64,000 nucleotides of DNA from an uncultured Thermotogae bacterium (GTDB taxonomy: Bacteria; Bipolaricaulota; Bipolaricaulia; UBA7950; UBA9294). Made by a program: the position numbers and the translations under genes. This document shows positions 61,194-64,000 of this stretch, piece by piece. The stretch lies in NCBI GenBank assembly GCA_964570515.1, contig CAZMYM010000003.1, forward strand, positions 24,697 through 88,696. Direction: 5' to 3'. The notes under the pieces were generated by a model. It was not told the origin of the DNA, did no database searches, and was given only the letters and a program-made list of their open reading frames with translations. Every line of letters starts with the position of its first letter. The stretch's first letter is position 1.

Positions 61194-62429
61194 ATGAGAA
61201 AAGAACGGATCGTCGTCGGACTCGACGTAGGCACGACCAAGGTGGTCGCCCTCGTTGGGAACGTTGTCGATGGGGTCATCGAGATCATCGGAATGGGGCG
61301 GGCGGACTCTCACGGTCTGGAGAAGGGCGTCGTCGTCGACATCGGACGGACGATTTCATCGATTCGGAAAGCCGTCGAGGAAGCGGAGAACATGGCGGAT
61401 GTTCGAGTTGACGCCGTCTACGTCGGGATCGCCGGAAAGCACATCACGTCGATCAACAACAGCGGGACGGTCTCGATCAACCGGCCGGACCGCATCATCG
61501 CAGACGACGATGTACGACGCGTCGTGGAGACGGCCCAAGCGATTCAGATCCCACCGGAAAGCGAGATGATTCACGTCATCCCGCGGCAGTACATCGTCGA
61601 TGGCCAGGATGGGATCACCGATCCGGTAGGCATGACGGGGACGCGCCTCGAGGTCGACGTCCACATTGTGACCGGCGCCATCACCGCCGTGCACAACCTG
61701 GTCCGATGCGTGGAGAACCTTGGGATCGGCATCCGGCAGATCGTCCTCGAGCCGATCGCGTCGTCGCTCGCCGTCCTCTCCTCTGCGGAGAAGGAGCTCG
61801 GGGTCATCCTGATGGACATCGGCGGGGGCACGACCGACATCAGCGTCTTTCGCGGCGGTGACATCTGGTTCTCGAAGGTCGTACCGATCGCCGGCGAGCA
61901 CATCACCAACGACATCACGGTCGGTCTGCAGACGCCGATTGAAGAGGCCGAGCTGGTCAAGAAACAGCACGGCAGCGCGTTGGTCGACAGCGTCGGTGAG
62001 GACGACAAGATTGAAGTTGCCACGATCGGAGGCGATGAGAAGAAGCTCGTCTCGAAGAAGAAGCTCGCCAAGATCATCGAGCCGCGCGTCGAGGAGTTGC
62101 TCGACCTCAGCATGCAGGAAGTCGAGGACGCCGGCTATCGCGACCTCGTACCGGCAGGGCTCGTCCTGACGGGAGGGACGTCGTTGCTCGACGGACTCGC
62201 CGAGTTCGCTACGCAGCGCTACGACATCGCGGTCCGCCGAGGCAAGATTCCACAAGGGATCCACGGTTTACGGGACATCGTCGAGTCCCCGATCTATGCC
62301 ACGTCAATCGGGCTCCTTCGCTATGCGGTGGAGACGAGAGACTTCAAGAAACCGGAATTCAGCGAGTCCAGGCGATCTTCGGTCATCAGCAAGCTGTTCG
62401 CGTGGTTCAACCGATTCTTCCGGGGGTAG
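61194..62429 (+). CDS. ftsA: Cell division protein FtsA
   Basis: GLDVGTTK, PVGMTGTRLE, DIGGGTTD, VLTGGTS. Confidence 0.96.
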   Translation: MRKERIVVGLDVGTTKVVALVGNVVDGVIEIIGMGRADSHGLEKGVVVDIGRTISSIRKAVEEAENMADVRVDAVYVGIAGKHITSINNSGTVSINRPDRIIADDDVRRVVETAQAIQIPPESEMIHVIPRQYIVDGQDGITDPVGMTGTRLEVDVHIVTGAITAVHNLVRCVENLGIGIRQIVLEPIASSLAVLSSAEKELGVILMDIGGGTTDISVFRGGDIWFSKVVPIAGEHITNDITVGLQTPIEEAELVKKQHGSALVDSVGEDDKIEVATIGGDEKKLVSKKKLAKIIEPRVEELLDLSMQEVEDAGYRDLVPAGLVLTGGTSLLDGLAEFATQRYDIAVRRGKIPQGIHGLRDIVESPIYATSIGLLRYAVETRDFKKPEFSESRRSSVISKLFAWFNRFFRG

Positions 62430-62432
62430 TCG

Positions 62433-63590
62433 ATGGCTGAGCAGCTGAACTTCATGTCCCCAGCGCGCTTGATGGTCGTCGGTGTGGGCGGCGGCGGCGG
62501 CAACGCGGTCGATCGCATGTTCGACACGTCGGTGAACGGCGTTGAGCTTGTCGCCGTGAACACGGACGCGCAAGTGCTCGATGTCGTTCGATCGCACCGA
62601 ACGCTTCAGATCGGACGGAAGTTGACGAACGGGCTCGGAGCCGGCGGGAACCCGGAAATCGGGCGCCTCGCTGCGGAGGAGAGTCGGGAAGCCATCGCTG
62701 ACTTGCTCAGCGGCGTGGACATGGTCTTCATCACCGCGGGGATGGGCGGCGGAACGGGAACCGGTGCCGCGCCGGTCTTCGCTGCGCTGGCCAGGGAAGC
62801 CGGTATCCTGACGACGGCCATCGTGACCCGCCCGTTCTCGTTCGAAGGGGTCGCGCGAGCGGAGAAGGCCGAATCCGGCATTGCGAGGCTTGCGCAAGGC
62901 GTCGATGCGCTCATCTGCATTTCCAACGACAAGCTCCTCAAGGTTGCGCCGGCGGAGACGCCGATCATGCAAGCCTTCGAGATTGCAGATGAGATCCTGC
63001 GACAGGGGGTCGAAGGCATCTCTGATTTGATCACCGTCCCCGGGATGATCAACCTCGACTTCGCCGACATCGAGAGCGTGATGCGCGGAGCGGGCACGGC
63101 GATGATGGGAATCGGGGAAGGCCATGGCGCGGGCAAGACCAAGGAAGCGGCGCGGAATGCCATTTCGTCGCCTCTGCTCGACGGATCGATCCGTGGCGCC
63201 CGGAAGGTGATCATGAACATCACCGGCGGATCGGATCTCACCCTCGAAGAGGTCACTGAAGCAGCATCGCTGATCCGCGAGGCCGTCTCCGACCGTGCCG
63301 ACATCATCTTCGGAACGGCGATTCGCGATGGGACTGATTCCGTGCGCTTGACGGTCATCGCCACCGGCTTTTCTGTCGCCTACGGCGTCGACGAAGAAGA
63401 GGGATCCGCGCTATCGAACGAGTCCATGCTGGCACGTCTCGAGCAGGAGAGCCGGGGCGGCGTAGACGACTTCGACATTCCGACGTTCCTCCGGCGCGGG
63501 CGAAGGACGCGCGATGAGCCTCCGAGGCCGCCGTGGGGAGAGCCGCGCGAGCGCGAACCGGACAACGCTGCTCGAGTAGCGAACGCGTAG
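62433..63590 (+). CDS. ftsZ: Cell division protein FtsZ
   Basis: GVGGGGGNAV, NTDAQ, GMGGGTGTG, NLDFAD, C-terminal core DIPTFLR. Confidence 0.97.
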   Translation: MAEQLNFMSPARLMVVGVGGGGGNAVDRMFDTSVNGVELVAVNTDAQVLDVVRSHRTLQIGRKLTNGLGAGGNPEIGRLAAEESREAIADLLSGVDMVFITAGMGGGTGTGAAPVFAALAREAGILTTAIVTRPFSFEGVARAEKAESGIARLAQGVDALICISNDKLLKVAPAETPIMQAFEIADEILRQGVEGISDLITVPGMINLDFADIESVMRGAGTAMMGIGEGHGAGKTKEAARNAISSPLLDGSIRGARKVIMNITGGSDLTLEEVTEAASLIREAVSDRADIIFGTAIRDGTDSVRLTVIATGFSVAYGVDEEEGSALSNESMLARLEQESRGGVDDFDIPTFLRRGRRTRDEPPRPPWGEPREREPDNAARVANA

Positions 63591-63622
63591 AGTCACCGCA
63601 CACTCACGCTGGTCACAAGTAC

Positions 63623-63648
63623 GAAGCCCCCGAACTCGGGGGCTTTCT
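63623..63648. terminator. Bidirectional terminator between ftsZ and tRNA-Leu
   Basis: GAAGCCCCCGA-AC-TCGGGGGCTTTC hairpin. Confidence 0.75.
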
Positions 63649-63650
63649 AC

Positions 63651-63735
63651 TGCCAGAGGTGGGGGTCGAACCCACACGACCCAAAGGGCCACGGGATTTT
63701 GAGTCCCGCGCGTCTGCCAATTCCGCCACTCTGGC
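63651..63735 (-). tRNA. tRNA-Leu(CAA)
   Basis: GCCAGAGTGGCGGAATTGGCAGACGCGCGGGACTCAAAATCCCG...GGTTCGACCCCCACCTCTGGCA; anticodon CAA, long variable arm, CCA not encoded. Confidence 0.95.
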
Positions 63736-64000
63736 GATCTGCGCCATCTTACACAGGGTCGCGGCCGGGGTCCATCGCTTTCCCGACACGTGACGAGCCA
63801 GCTCCAAGGGTGATATTCGTTACCGACGCATACTGCTGGTTTCTCGTATGATGGTTCCAACCGGAAACGGAGCCGAAGCGCAAGATGAAACAGGGGAACC
63901 GTCGACTGGAGAACCTCTGGAACGCTCATCGGTCGACAGGCATGGTCGTTGTGAAGCAGACGTTCGTCCCCGATGGTGGCTGCGAATCGTCCGCCATGAG

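Noticed and set aside
63651-64000. tRNA-Leu as an integration site
   Set aside because: No duplicated tRNA 3' end or integrase is visible in the window.
63736-64000. Coding sequence at the right edge
   Set aside because: No frame gave a recognisable protein.

Overview
GC-rich bacterial chromosomal window, mostly housekeeping. Inference: an anaerobic diderm without lipid A genes here, consistent with Bipolaricaulota/Acetothermia or a relative. Order: 5' part of pyruvate:ferredoxin oxidoreductase (runs off the left edge); a divergent 59-aa secreted peptide with three SPLHIGGGP repeats followed by a cupin/HD-GYP protein; CpgS/ArcE-like ligase; pgsA-like, rluD, nusA, MMPL transporter, rny, spoVS; two paralogous SurA-N(/PPIase)-TPR proteins flanking mazG, a DUF4911-like gene and yqeG; an Opp/Dpp ABC operon; argF followed by citD-citE fusion, citF, an HD protein, LeuC/LeuD-type hydratase and trmO; an accessory stretch (about 34-42.4 kb) with a REP-doublet array, integron-type attC sites but no integrase, an AAA ATPase cassette, mazEF and small genes; coaD, M16 peptidase, pnp (two S1 domains), rpsO, mtaD-like, yraN, comM/yifB; bamA, ompH-like, fabZ, ftcD; murD-ftsW-murG-murC-ftsQ-ftsA-ftsZ; tRNA-Leu(CAA). 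Best candidates for new biology: (1) the repeat-peptide plus HD-GYP locus with its duplicated palindromic upstream element; (2) the attC cluster and adjacent REP-doublet array; (3) the citrate-lyase/hydratase operon whose acyl-carrier serine appears lost. All functional calls come from motif recognition only; no database searches were run.
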